Assembly: GCA_964016885.1 (NCBI GenBank)
Contig: OZ024753.1
Coordinates: 35,836,001 to 35,900,000, forward strand
Length of the DNA stretch: 64,000 bases
Source of the DNA: Eledone cirrhosa
Taxonomy: Eukaryota
Direction: 5' to 3'
Part shown: in pieces, positions 1 to 12,049 of the stretch
How positions within the stretch are numbered: the first letter of the stretch is position 1
Layout: each line of letters opens with the position of its first letter
The notes under the pieces: generated by a model
Seen by the model: only the letters and a program-made list of their open reading frames with translations
Database searches by the model: none
What the model was told of the DNA's origin: nothing
Program-made: the position numbers and the translations under genes

Positions 1-154
1 AGATGATCTCTCTTTCTCTCTCATATATATATGTTTAAAAGTTAAACAAGGTTCAATGAATAAATCAAAGAATGAGTTTTACAATAGATTGGAAGCACTC
101 AACAAAGACTGAATCTTAACCATCTACTATGTCAGGGTATGTCATGCATCATCT

Positions 155-221
155 TATTTTATCTGATGAGGACGTACTGTTGAAGTTAACTCAGTACCTC
201 TGAAATATGTATAATAAAATA
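155..221 (+). ncRNA. Type I hammerhead ribozyme (probably from a Penelope-like element)
   Basis: Stem I tattttat(155-162)/ataaaata(214-221); CTGATGA 163-169; stem II ggacgtactg/cagtacctct; GAAA 202-205; quasi-palindromic stem III ATATGTAT; AUA cleavage triplet ending at 213. Confidence 0.8.
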
Positions 222-264
222 TACTTAATCACAAGAATATCTATTTTGTTAATATTTTGAATTA

Positions 265-426
<162 letters not shown>

Positions 427-466
427 GTATATTTATATATATATATTTATATATATATATCAAAGT

Positions 467-812
467 GGAGGCACATGGCTTAGTGGTTAGAGCATTGGCC
501 TTGCAATCGAAAGGTTGTGAGTTCAATTCTCAGACCAGGTGATGTGTTGTTTCCTTGAGCAAGACACTTTATTTCACATTGCTCCAGTTTACTCAGCTGT
601 AGAAATGAGATGATAGGGACTGGGGTCCCTATCATTCCACTGCAAAGTGGTCGTGGAGGTGCCACGGCAAAAAAGCACCCAGCACTCACTGTAAATGAGG
701 TTGGTGTTAGGAAGGGCATCCTGCTGTAGAAATCAAGCCAGAATCAGTTCCCGTCCCACCCTTGCAAGCAGGGAAAAGCGGACGTAAAATGAAATGATGA
801 ATGATGATGATG
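467..812 (+). mobile_element. tRNA-derived SINE family A (CORE-like centre, RTE1 tail)
   Basis: A box TGGCTTAGTGG, B box GAGTTCAATTC, CORE-like tccttgagcaagacacttt; 3' end cccgtcccacccttgcaagcagggaaaagcggacgtaaaatga identical to the LINE end at 14622. Confidence 0.9.
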
Positions 813-825
813 ATATATATATATT

Positions 826-1038
<213 letters not shown>

Positions 1039-1560
1039 ATTTATATATATATATATTTATATATATATATATATATTTATATTAGATAGAGATCATCATC
1101 ATCATCAACGTTTAACGTGTTCCACGCTTGCATGGGTTTGGACGGGGGTAGCCCCACTTGAGGCAAGAGTGATTGTCTTGCTCGCATAGGACTGTCTGAG
1201 ATATATATATATATATATAGATATATATATATATAGATATATATATATATATATATAGATATATATAGATATATATATAGATATATATATAGATATATAT
1301 ATAGATATATATATAGATATATATATAGATATATATATAGATATAGATATAGATATAGATATAGATATATATATAGATAGATATATAGATAGATATATAT
1401 ATAGATATATATATAGATATATATATATATATAGATATATATATAGATATATATATAGATATATATAGATATATATATAGATATATATAGATATATAGAT
1501 ATATATAGATATATAGATATATATATATAGATATATATATATATATAGATATATATATAT

Positions 1561-1908
1561 TCATTCATTCATTCATTCATTTCATTTTACGTCCGCTTTT
1601 TCCCTGCTTGCAAGGGTGGGACGGGAATTGATTCTGGCTTGATTTCTACAGCTGGATGCCCTTCCTAACACCAACCTCATTTACAGTGTGGGCTGGGTGC
1701 TTTTATGCCGTGGCACCTCCACGACCACTTTGCAGTGGAATGATATGGACCCCAGTCCCTATCATCTCATTTCTACAGCTGAGTAAACTGGAGCAATGTG
1801 AAATAAAGTGTCTTGCTCAAGGAAACAACACATCACCCGGTCTGAGAATTGAACTCACAACCTTTCGATTGCAAGGCCAATGCTCTAACCACTAAGCCAT
1901 GTGCCTCC
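1561..1908 (-). mobile_element. SINE family A
   Basis: Near-identical reverse complement of 467-812. Confidence 0.9.
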
Positions 1909-1978
1909 ATATATATATATATATATAGATATATATATATATATATAGATATATAGATATATATATATATATATATAT

Positions 1979-2031
<53 letters not shown>

Positions 2032-2384
2032 TAGATAGATAGATAGATATATATATATATAGATATATAGATATAGATATATATATATATATAGATATAT
2101 ATATATATATATAGATATAGATATATATAGATATATAGATATATATATATATATATATAGAGAGAGATATATATATATACATATATCTCTATATATATAT
2201 AGAGAGAGATATATATATATATAGAGAGAGAGATATATATATAGAGAGAGAGAGAGATTTATATATATAGAGAGATATATATATATATATATATAGAGAT
2301 ATATATATATATATATATAGAGAGAGATATATATATAGAGAGAGAGATATATATATATATAGAGATATATATATATATATATAT

Positions 2385-2443
<59 letters not shown>

Positions 2444-2705
2444 TATATATATATAGAGAGAGATATATATATATATAGAGAGAGAGATATATATATAGAG
2501 ATATATATATATAGAGAGAGAGATATATATATAGAGAGATATATATATATAGAGAGAGATATATATATATATAGAGATATATATATATATATATAGAGAG
2601 AGATATATAGAGAGATAATGTAGGAGGTGAGTTTTATTGTAGTACGCATTGAAATGCGCATAATAAAATACATGGAACTCCTTTAACCATCTTTTGATCT
2701 TATAT

Positions 2706-2787
<82 letters not shown>

Positions 2788-3454
2788 GAGAGGAGAGAGA
2801 GAGAGAGCAAGGAGGTTAAAGGTGGATGAGGAAGCTGATAAAATGGAAGAGAGAGAGAAGGGGCGAGGAGAGAAAGATAAATGGCGAGAGGGAGGGAGAT
2901 AAAGAGAGAGAGAGAGAAGTAGATAGATAGTTAGATAGATTGTGAGAGCTAGGGAGAGAAAGAGAGAAGTAGGTAGATAGTTAGATAGATTGTGAGAGCT
3001 AGGGAGAGAAAGACAGAAGTAGATAGATAGTTAGATAGATGGTGAGAGCTAGGGAGAGAAAGAGAGTAGATAGATAGATAGATAAATGGTGAGAGCTAGG
3101 AAGGAAGGGAGAGAGAGAGAGCGAGAGACAGAGAGAGCAGAACATTAGATAGTTGGATAAAAGGTGAGAGCAAGGGGAATAAAGGAAGTTGAGGCAGCTG
3201 ATAAATGGAAGAGAGAGAGAAATTGTCATTTTTTAATTGCAAATTGATGATTAAATATTGTGAGTTAGGTAAATTTGTTTAAAATTACAAGAGCTGGTAC
3301 AAGTTTAATAACAGCTTTATATTTATTTAATATCAACTTATGTGTGGTTAGAAGCAAAAATAATGTCAGAGCATTTAAGAAAGTGACCTTTGATCATAAT
3401 TCATTATCTGTATCACATCAATTTAGATATTTTAAAAAATTAATGTGAGAAAAG

Positions 3455-3858
3455 ATGTGTGTATATATAATATACATAAATATATATACGTATATATACA
3501 TACACACACATATATACATACATACGCACACACACATATATATATACATACATACACACACACATATATATATACATACATACATACACACATATATATA
3601 TACATACATACGCACACATATAAATACACATACATACATACACACATATATATATATATATACATACACACACATATATATATACATACATACACACACA
3701 TATATATATACATACATACACATACATATATATATATACATACACACATATACATACACACACATATATATACATACACACATATATACATACACACATA
3801 TATACATACATATATACATACACACATATATATATACATACATACATACACACACACA

Positions 3859-3892
<34 letters not shown>

Positions 3893-4191
3893 CACACATA
3901 TATATATATACATACATATATATATACATACACACATATATATATATACATACATACACATATATACATACATACACACATATATATATACATACATACA
4001 TACACATATATACATACATACACACATATATATATATACATACATACACACATATATATATATATATATACATACACACACATATATATATATATACATA
4101 CATACACACATATATATACATACATACACATATATATATATACATACACACACATATATATATATACATACACACACACACACATATACAT

Positions 4192-4224
<33 letters not shown>

Positions 4225-4657
4225 CATACACACACACATATATATATATATATATACATACACACATATATACACATACACACACATATATATACATACA
4301 TACACATATATATATACATACATACACACACATATATACATACATACACATATATATTCATACATACACACATATATATATATTCATACATACACACACA
4401 TATATATATACATACATACACACATATATATACATACATACACACATAAATATTCATACATACACACATATATATACATACATACACATATATATACATA
4501 CATACACACACATATATATATACATACATACAAACACACATATATATATACATACACACCCACATATATGTATATATACATACACACACATATACACATA
4601 CATACATCACACATATATATATACATACATACACATATATCTATAATTATACATATT

Positions 4658-4695
<38 letters not shown>

Positions 4696-4830
4696 TATAT
4701 ATATATTTATACATATATACATACATATATACACACATATATACATATACACACATATAAATATACATACAAATATATACATTCATATATATATATATAT
4801 ACACATATATATATATATATATATATGAGA
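3455..4830. repeat. Compound (CA/TA)n low-complexity block
   Basis: Read directly from the sequence. Confidence 0.97.
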
Positions 4831-5477
4831 TAGAGTTAGACAGTTATATATTCAATAAGGCATAGGTTATTGGTTCTGCTAGTTCAATGACCTCTGTTCT
4901 GATACCCTGACACAATATACCGTATTTATAGTCAAAGCACGCATAATTCACTGGCCCAGTCAACATTACAATGTGTTTTCTTATAAGTCATCTGCTGAGT
5001 TTGTTTGTGTGTGTGTGGGGGGGGGGGGAGCAGCAACAACAACAACATCAACAATAACATAAGATTTATAATTTAATTATGATTGATTTGTATAACAATT
5101 TTTCCTTTTCATTTTTTTTTTTCAATGTTTAGCAAAGGAAGAAATGGCTGTGTTAATGAGCCTTTTCAGAGAGCCCTTGAGACTGGAAGAAGGAAAAGAG
5201 CAAAGTGTCCTCAAAACAGGGACCTGGCTTCTTCTTCTTATCATATCCACTGTAGCTTTTAGCTTGTAGCTTATAATTGTTGCTTGTAGTTGTGATAGCA
5301 TTAGCAGTGTCTTATCGGTACTCCCAAGGATACAGCATTGCCACCCGGGGACCTGGCTGATGATTGCAATAACATGACTCAGGTAGGAAATGTACAGTGT
5401 ATATGTTTGTGCATGGAAAGTTACAGACATATATATATATATGATAATGATGATGATGATGATATATATATTATATA

Positions 5478-6569
5478 TGTGGGATCACAGGTCAGCTAAC
5501 TAAGAACATAGATTTTACATGTGGCCGGTGTTCTGGGGCAATAAGTAGCAGCAAGTGCCCACAAAATACTAGCTCTTTCAACTGCGCAGAGGGTTCTATA
5601 GAAATAGTGGACAGCTTCCGTTACCTGGGTGACAAAATCAGCAGTGGGGGAGGGTGCTCTGAAAGTACAGTAGCTAGAGTCAGAACTGGATGGAAAAAGT
5701 TCAGAGAGCTTATACCGCTATTAGCCGCTAAAGGGTTCTCCCTAAAAATGAAAGGCAGGTTGTACGATGTCTGCATACGAACAGCAATGTTGCATGGCAG
5801 TGAGACCTGGGCATTGTGTGCAGAGGATATACGCAGACTAGAGAGGAACGAAGCTTGCATGCTCCGCTGGATGTGTAATAGTAATATACGTGAACGGCAA
5901 AGCATAAACGAACTAAGGAAAAAATTAGAAATAAGAGGGATCAGATGTTGTTTACTCGAGAGAAGGCTACGTTGGTATGGTCACGTGATGCGCATGAAGG
6001 ACAATAGCTGTATAACAAAGTGCAGGGCAATAAAGATAGACGGTAGCCACGGAATAGGCAGACCCAGAAAAACCTGGGACGAGCTGATAAATTCCGACCT
6101 CACACACTTACACCTCACCAAGACAATGTCACTGGACCGAGACCTTTGGCGGTACTCAGTAATAGAGAAGACCCGCCTTACCTAAGTACAAAGTAAAACC
6201 TACTACAGTCAGTAGGCATCTCTAACAAAATACACCCCCGTCCCACCACCCCACCCCATCCACACCGCTCCTTTCAATGTAAAGTTATGTTGGTGCCACA
6301 ACATCCAGGCCGAAACAAATGAGATCGTGTAGGTGTCACGTCAAAAAACACACAGTTCACGCTGTAATGTGGCCGTGTAGAGAACACGGTAAAAACCTCC
6401 CAGCCCCACACTGTAAATGTGGTTGGTGTTAGGAAGTGCATCCAGCTGTAGAAAACCCGCCAGATAGTCCTATGCGAGCAAGATAACCACTCTTGCCTCA
6501 AGTGGGAAAACCCTCCGTCCAAACCCATGCAAGCGTGGAACACGGACGTTAAACGATGATGATGATGAT
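5478..6569 (+). mobile_element. RTE LINE family 2, 3' fragment with long 3'UTR
   Basis: Open frame CGIT...TCGRC...DSFRYLGD...VIEKTRLT*, then ~380-nt UTR and (GAT)n tail. Confidence 0.92.
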
Positions 6570-6602
6570 ATAAATCTGTAAACGCACATGGCTTATCATG
6601 GT

Positions 6603-7140
6603 TGGTAAAGGGTAAAGACCTCCTTCGGTCATAAATGACCATGGGTTTTGCACCTAGTAAGTTCCTCTCCGAGGCACAAACCCGGGGAAGGTATTTTTGT
6701 AGAAGACCAGCAGTTGTCCACGCATAGCAGTCTCCTCTCTCCTGGCCACCGATGGTTAACCAAGGGATGAGCAAAGCTCAAAACAGCTTGGCATCAATGA
6801 TGTCTCAACTCTTTTCTATAGCTGAGCAAACTGGAGCTACATGAAATAAAGTGTCTTGCTTAACCCTTTTGCATTTCCATTTCTCTATATTTATTATTAT
6901 GTTTTTACGGTAAAGGCTTTAACTCACATAATAACGAATCTATGAGATTTTGATATTATTGATTTTGAGAACAATGCCATAACATCAGTATGAGTGGCTA
7001 GTTTTGACTGGTTTCAACAGAAAAGGGTGAGGGAATTCTGTCCAGATATGGCCAGTTTAAAAGCAAAAGGGTTAAGGACAAAACATACCTCCTGGTCCAG
7101 GAATCTCACTCACAACTCACCAATTAGCCACAAACCTTCA
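6603..7140 (-). mobile_element. CORE-like SINE family C with a (TTTACC)-type tail, split by a MITE
   Basis: CORE-like gaaataaagtgtcttgct|taaggaca interrupted at TTAA; the same tail recurs at 45087-45190. Confidence 0.65.
6860..7075. mobile_element. piggyBac-type MITE (TTAA TSD, CCCTTT(A/T)GC TIR)
   Basis: TTAACCCTTTTGCATTT...AAAGCAAAAGGGTTAA. Confidence 0.85.
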
Positions 7141-7438
7141 AATTATAATGGCTGATAGTGGAATAAAAGCCTAAGCTGGTTGGTTGTTTCTGTGTCATAG
7201 ATATATCTATTTATCGGTTGAAGCAGCAGAGCTCACTGAGAATACTCGATAACATCTAACGATTATTAGTTGTAAGATGTGTGTATCAGAAGATGTATAC
7301 TCAATAATACTGTTAGAAAGTAATCTTTGTGGATATCCCAAGTGAGGGATACACTCGCATGACAGCATAGACACTATATGATGTAAAGGACAGTAGAAGA
7401 GTTAAAGCATGGTTTATAGGAGTGAGTGTATATTGCAC

Positions 7439-7439
<1 letters not shown>

Positions 7440-7487
<48 letters not shown>

Positions 7488-7620
7488 CATACATATATGT
7501 GTGTGTGTATATATAGCGGACGTAAAATGATGATGATGATATACACACATACATGTTCATACACATATGTATAAACACATATATATATGTGTGTGCGTTT
7601 ATAATACGTGTGTGCATGTA

Positions 7621-7665
<45 letters not shown>

Positions 7666-8564
7666 CTATATATATCTATATATTTATATATATATATATA
7701 TATATCTATATATATATCTATATATATGTATCTATATATATGTATCTATATATATCTATATATATGTATCTATATATATATCTATATATATGTATCTATA
7801 TATATCTATATATTTATATATATATATATATATCTATATATATATATATATATATCTATATATATATATATATATATCTATATATATATATATATATGTA
7901 AGAACATACATTGAATTAAGATACGGAAAATATTATATGTTTCTTGAAACATATATTTACTTTGATCCCCTTCTCCAAACCCCCCCTTTCCCCCATACTA
8001 TTATCATCTGTATTTGTAAGCGTATATGTATGAATATATATGTAGGTGGGTGTCTATATAGGTTTTGGTATTTATTTCTAAATATAAAAATAAATATATG
8101 AGCATGTAAATATGAATGTAAGATTGAGTGTATATATATGATTGTACATACATATGTATGTATATATATGTATATATATGTATTATATATGTATGTGTAT
8201 GTGAATGTGTGGTATGTATATGTGTATGTATATGTATATATGTGTATGTATGTGTATGCTTGTATATAGGAATATATATATGTGTATATATGTATGTATA
8301 TGTATATGCGTGTATGTATGTATGTGTATATGTGTTGTGTATATATTTGTATGTCTCTCTATTTATATGTTTATCTTCGTATCTATGTGATATATGTGTG
8401 TGTGTGTGCACGTATGCATATGTATGTGTTAGTGTGTGTTTGTATGTGTGTGTGTATATATGTGTATGTGCGCACACTCACGTACACATATATATATATA
8501 TATATATATGTGAGTGTGTATGTGTGTCTGTGTGTGTGTGTGTGTGTGTATGTATATATATATG

Positions 8565-8598
<34 letters not shown>

Positions 8599-8744
8599 GA
8601 TATATATATATATATATATATGTATATAGGTGTCTATGTGTGAATATATGTCTTTATTCGTATGTGTGTATTTATGTATGTATATATTTGTGTGTATGTA
8701 TGTATGTGTATGTATGTATGTATATATATATATATATGTATATA

Positions 8745-8775
<31 letters not shown>

Positions 8776-9093
8776 TATTCTTTATTATTATTGTAATATA
8801 ACTTATGTGTATATGTGTATAAGTGAGGTTGTGTATGTATATATACTATGTGTATATATAAGAGAAATGAAATATATATATATATATATATATGTGCATG
8901 TCTGTTTTTTATGTGTGTGTATATATATATATATGTATGTGTATATATATATATATATATATGTGTACGTGTGTGTATGTGGATATATATATATATATAC
9001 ATGTGGGTGTTTGTATGTGTATTTATGGTGGTATGAGTGTGTGGATATATATGTTTATATATATATGTGTATATATATATATATATGAGTCTA

Positions 9094-9150
<57 letters not shown>

Positions 9151-9494
9151 ATATGTATGTGTATGTATGTGTGTGTGTATGTATATATATGTGTGTGTAT
9201 GTATGTGTGTATATATATATATCTCTATTAATGCGTGTGTGTATGTATATACATATGCGTTTTTTTATTATTATTTTCATTTGTATGTCTGAGTTTGGTG
9301 AGGTGGTATTGTTTTTTATGTGTATACACATATATGGAAGCGTATGTATTTATTTATATGAGTATAAGTAGGTGCATATGTATGTATGATTATATATCTA
9401 ATTCTATGTATGAAGGTACATCTATATATATATATATATATATATATGCGTGTGTATGTAAGTTGTGTGTGTATGTATCTTTATGTCTATGTGA

Positions 9495-9552
<58 letters not shown>

Positions 9553-9641
9553 CGATGTGCGTATATGTATGTACATGTATATACATGTATGTGTGTATGT
9601 ATGTGTATGTATATTTAGATGTATGGGTATGTATGTGTATA

Positions 9642-9696
<55 letters not shown>

Positions 9697-9935
9697 ATAT
9701 ATATATATATGGATATATATCTTTATTATCTATTTTTTATATATATGTATATGTGTGTATGTGTTGCGCGTGTGTGTGTGTGTATATATATCTTTTTATA
9801 TGAGTATGTGTATGTTCGTGTAAGTGTATGTGTGTGTATGACTGTATACGTATGTGTGTATGTGTGTATGCGTAAATATCTCTATGTGCGCGTACATGTA
9901 TGTATGTGTATGTATATCTGTATGTGTATGTACAT
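7440..9935. repeat. Compound (TG/TA)n low-complexity block
   Basis: Read directly. Other large tracts at 10860-11360, 14673-15378 and 18730-19375. Confidence 0.95.
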
Positions 9936-10516
9936 TATATTATATTTATTATATTTTATTGTTTTTATTTTTTTATTTTTCTTAATTTATAGATACATTT
10001 ATATTAGGCAGTCTGCTCTGACAATCTAATACTGACCCCTCCCCCCCCTCCCACCTAATTTCTGTATCTTGATCTTGAAATGTGTGTGCCAGTGTTTTAT
10101 GTGAGTGACTTAATTTCTATTTGCTTATGATTTTATATCCACATATATAAATGTGAGTGGGGGAGTGTGTGTGTTTGTATGTTCGTGGTTATGTGTATAT
10201 TTATGCATATACGCGCATGTATGTGTGATTATACTGATATGTGTGAGTATGAAAAAAATATATTTATATGCTTGACTCCATAAGTATCATTGCGCATCTT
10301 ATCAGCGCATTAAGCTTACAGAGATATTAACCTTGAAATTTTGTGTTTGCATCCATCTTTTTAGTATGCACATACAAATTATACACACATTATTGTAAAA
10401 TATGTGTAAGGATTTTACATGTATATACACACACCAAACTGCTTTTAACCCTTTGTGTTTTCATTGGTCAATTTTGAACTGATATTTTGAATTGTTGTTA
10501 TTATCAATAAATATAC

Positions 10517-10671
10517 TTCATTATTTCTGAAGACGGCGTATATATGTGTTAGGTATGTATATTTAATCTTGATAATTTGTATAATTTTGTATAATTTTGT
10601 ACATAGATCTGTTGAATATGCATACCAATTATAACACATATATACCCTAGAAACGATCGTTAAATAGTGAA
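10517..10671 (+). ncRNA. Type I hammerhead ribozyme with very long stem II
   Basis: Stem I ttcattattt/aaatagtgaa; CTGAAGA 10527-33; stem II includes perfect gtatatatgtgtta/taacacatatatac plus ggtatgtatatttaa/ttgaatatgcatacc; GAAA 10650-53; palindromic stem III ACGATCGT; GUU triplet. Confidence 0.75.
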
Positions 10672-11318
10672 CTTTTTTTGTTTAATATAAGGAATTGTTT
10701 GTTCATTATTTGTTTAATATTTTATCTTGACTCTGTATACCGTTTATCTTTCACCGAAAGTGGATTTTCATTACATCTCTTCTTTCCATGATATCCGGAA
10801 TACATTGAGTTCTTCATACGGATTGGACACTACCGTAAACTCTTGGTAGATTTATCTACATATATATATATCTATATATTTATATATATATATCTATATC
10901 TATATATATATATCTATATCTATATATCTATATATTTATATATCTATATATATATATATCTATATATATATCTATATCTATATATATATCTATATCTATA
11001 TATATCTATATCTATATATTTATATATATATATCTATATATATATATATAATCTATATATATATATATAATCTATATATATATATATAATCTATATATAT
11101 ATATATATATAATCTATATATTTATATATATATATCTATATATATATATATCTATATCTATATCTATCTATATATATATATATCTATATCTATATATATA
11201 TTTATATATCTATATATATATATATATATATATATATCTATATCTATATATATCTATATATATATATATATCTATATCTATATATATCTATATATATATA
11301 TCTATATCTATATATATA

Positions 11319-11359
<41 letters not shown>

Positions 11360-11365
<6 letters not shown>

Positions 11366-11895
11366 TAAAATAACAGATTAAAGTTTAAGTAAAGAATCGC
11401 AGCTTTCACCCTTAACAGGATCTTCTGAAACTAACAAAGTCAATATGTAAACACAGAAGTGGATATTTCAAAAAACGTTGCAACCGGAGGAAGACAGGAA
11501 GACGATACTTTGGTTCGTGGAAACGTTCCCTGGCAAAGAATGGGAAAAAACGAATATAATACGTCATTAATAGGAGCGTTGAAAAACAATTACACGCAAA
11601 GACAGAACCACGTTTATGGTATAAAAGAAGTTGTAGACTAATGTTCTCTTAGGTGGTTCATAGAGACGTTCTCTGGCAATGAACGGAAAAAACGATGATA
11701 ATACGTCATATGTGGAGCGTGGAGAACAATTGCACGCAAAGACAAAATGGTATAGCGTTAAGGGTGAAAGCAGCGATTCTTTGCTTAAACTTTAATCTGT
11801 TATTTTAATAAATATTTGCTCTACCGTTCTTATATATTTGATATATATTTATCCTTATCGAGCCCTCTTTGGATTTTAGTCTTCAAATTTATTAT
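11360..11895. mobile_element. Penelope-like remnant with ~57-bp inverted repeats and an internal ~140-bp direct duplication
   Basis: 11360-11416 is the near-perfect reverse complement of 11757-11813; 11513-11607 resembles 11655-11747; decayed hammerhead-like CAGAAGA-tcct-gtta-aggg-t-GAAA on the minus strand at ~11403-11427. Confidence 0.5.
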
Positions 11896-11898
11896 TAT

Positions 11899-11947
<49 letters not shown>

Positions 11948-11950
<3 letters not shown>

Positions 11951-12036
11951 TCATTTTCATCATTTCATTTTACGTCCGCTTTTCCCTGCTTGCAAGGGTG
12001 GGACGGGAACTGATTCTGGCTTGATTTCTACAGCTG
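11948..12036 (-). mobile_element. SINE family A, 3' fragment
   Basis: Matches 722-800 reversed; sits head-to-head with the LINE across a short (TA)n. Confidence 0.8.
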
Positions 12037-12049
12037 CATATATATATAT

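Noticed and set aside
467-540. tRNA-like sequence with A and B boxes
   Set aside because: SINE head; no proper acceptor stem and it continues into the SINE body.
480-719. Recurrent 65-79 aa ORF (...AVAPPRPLCSGM...QCSNH; also 1656 and 39405)
   Set aside because: Antisense reading of SINE A; recurrence reflects repeat copy number.
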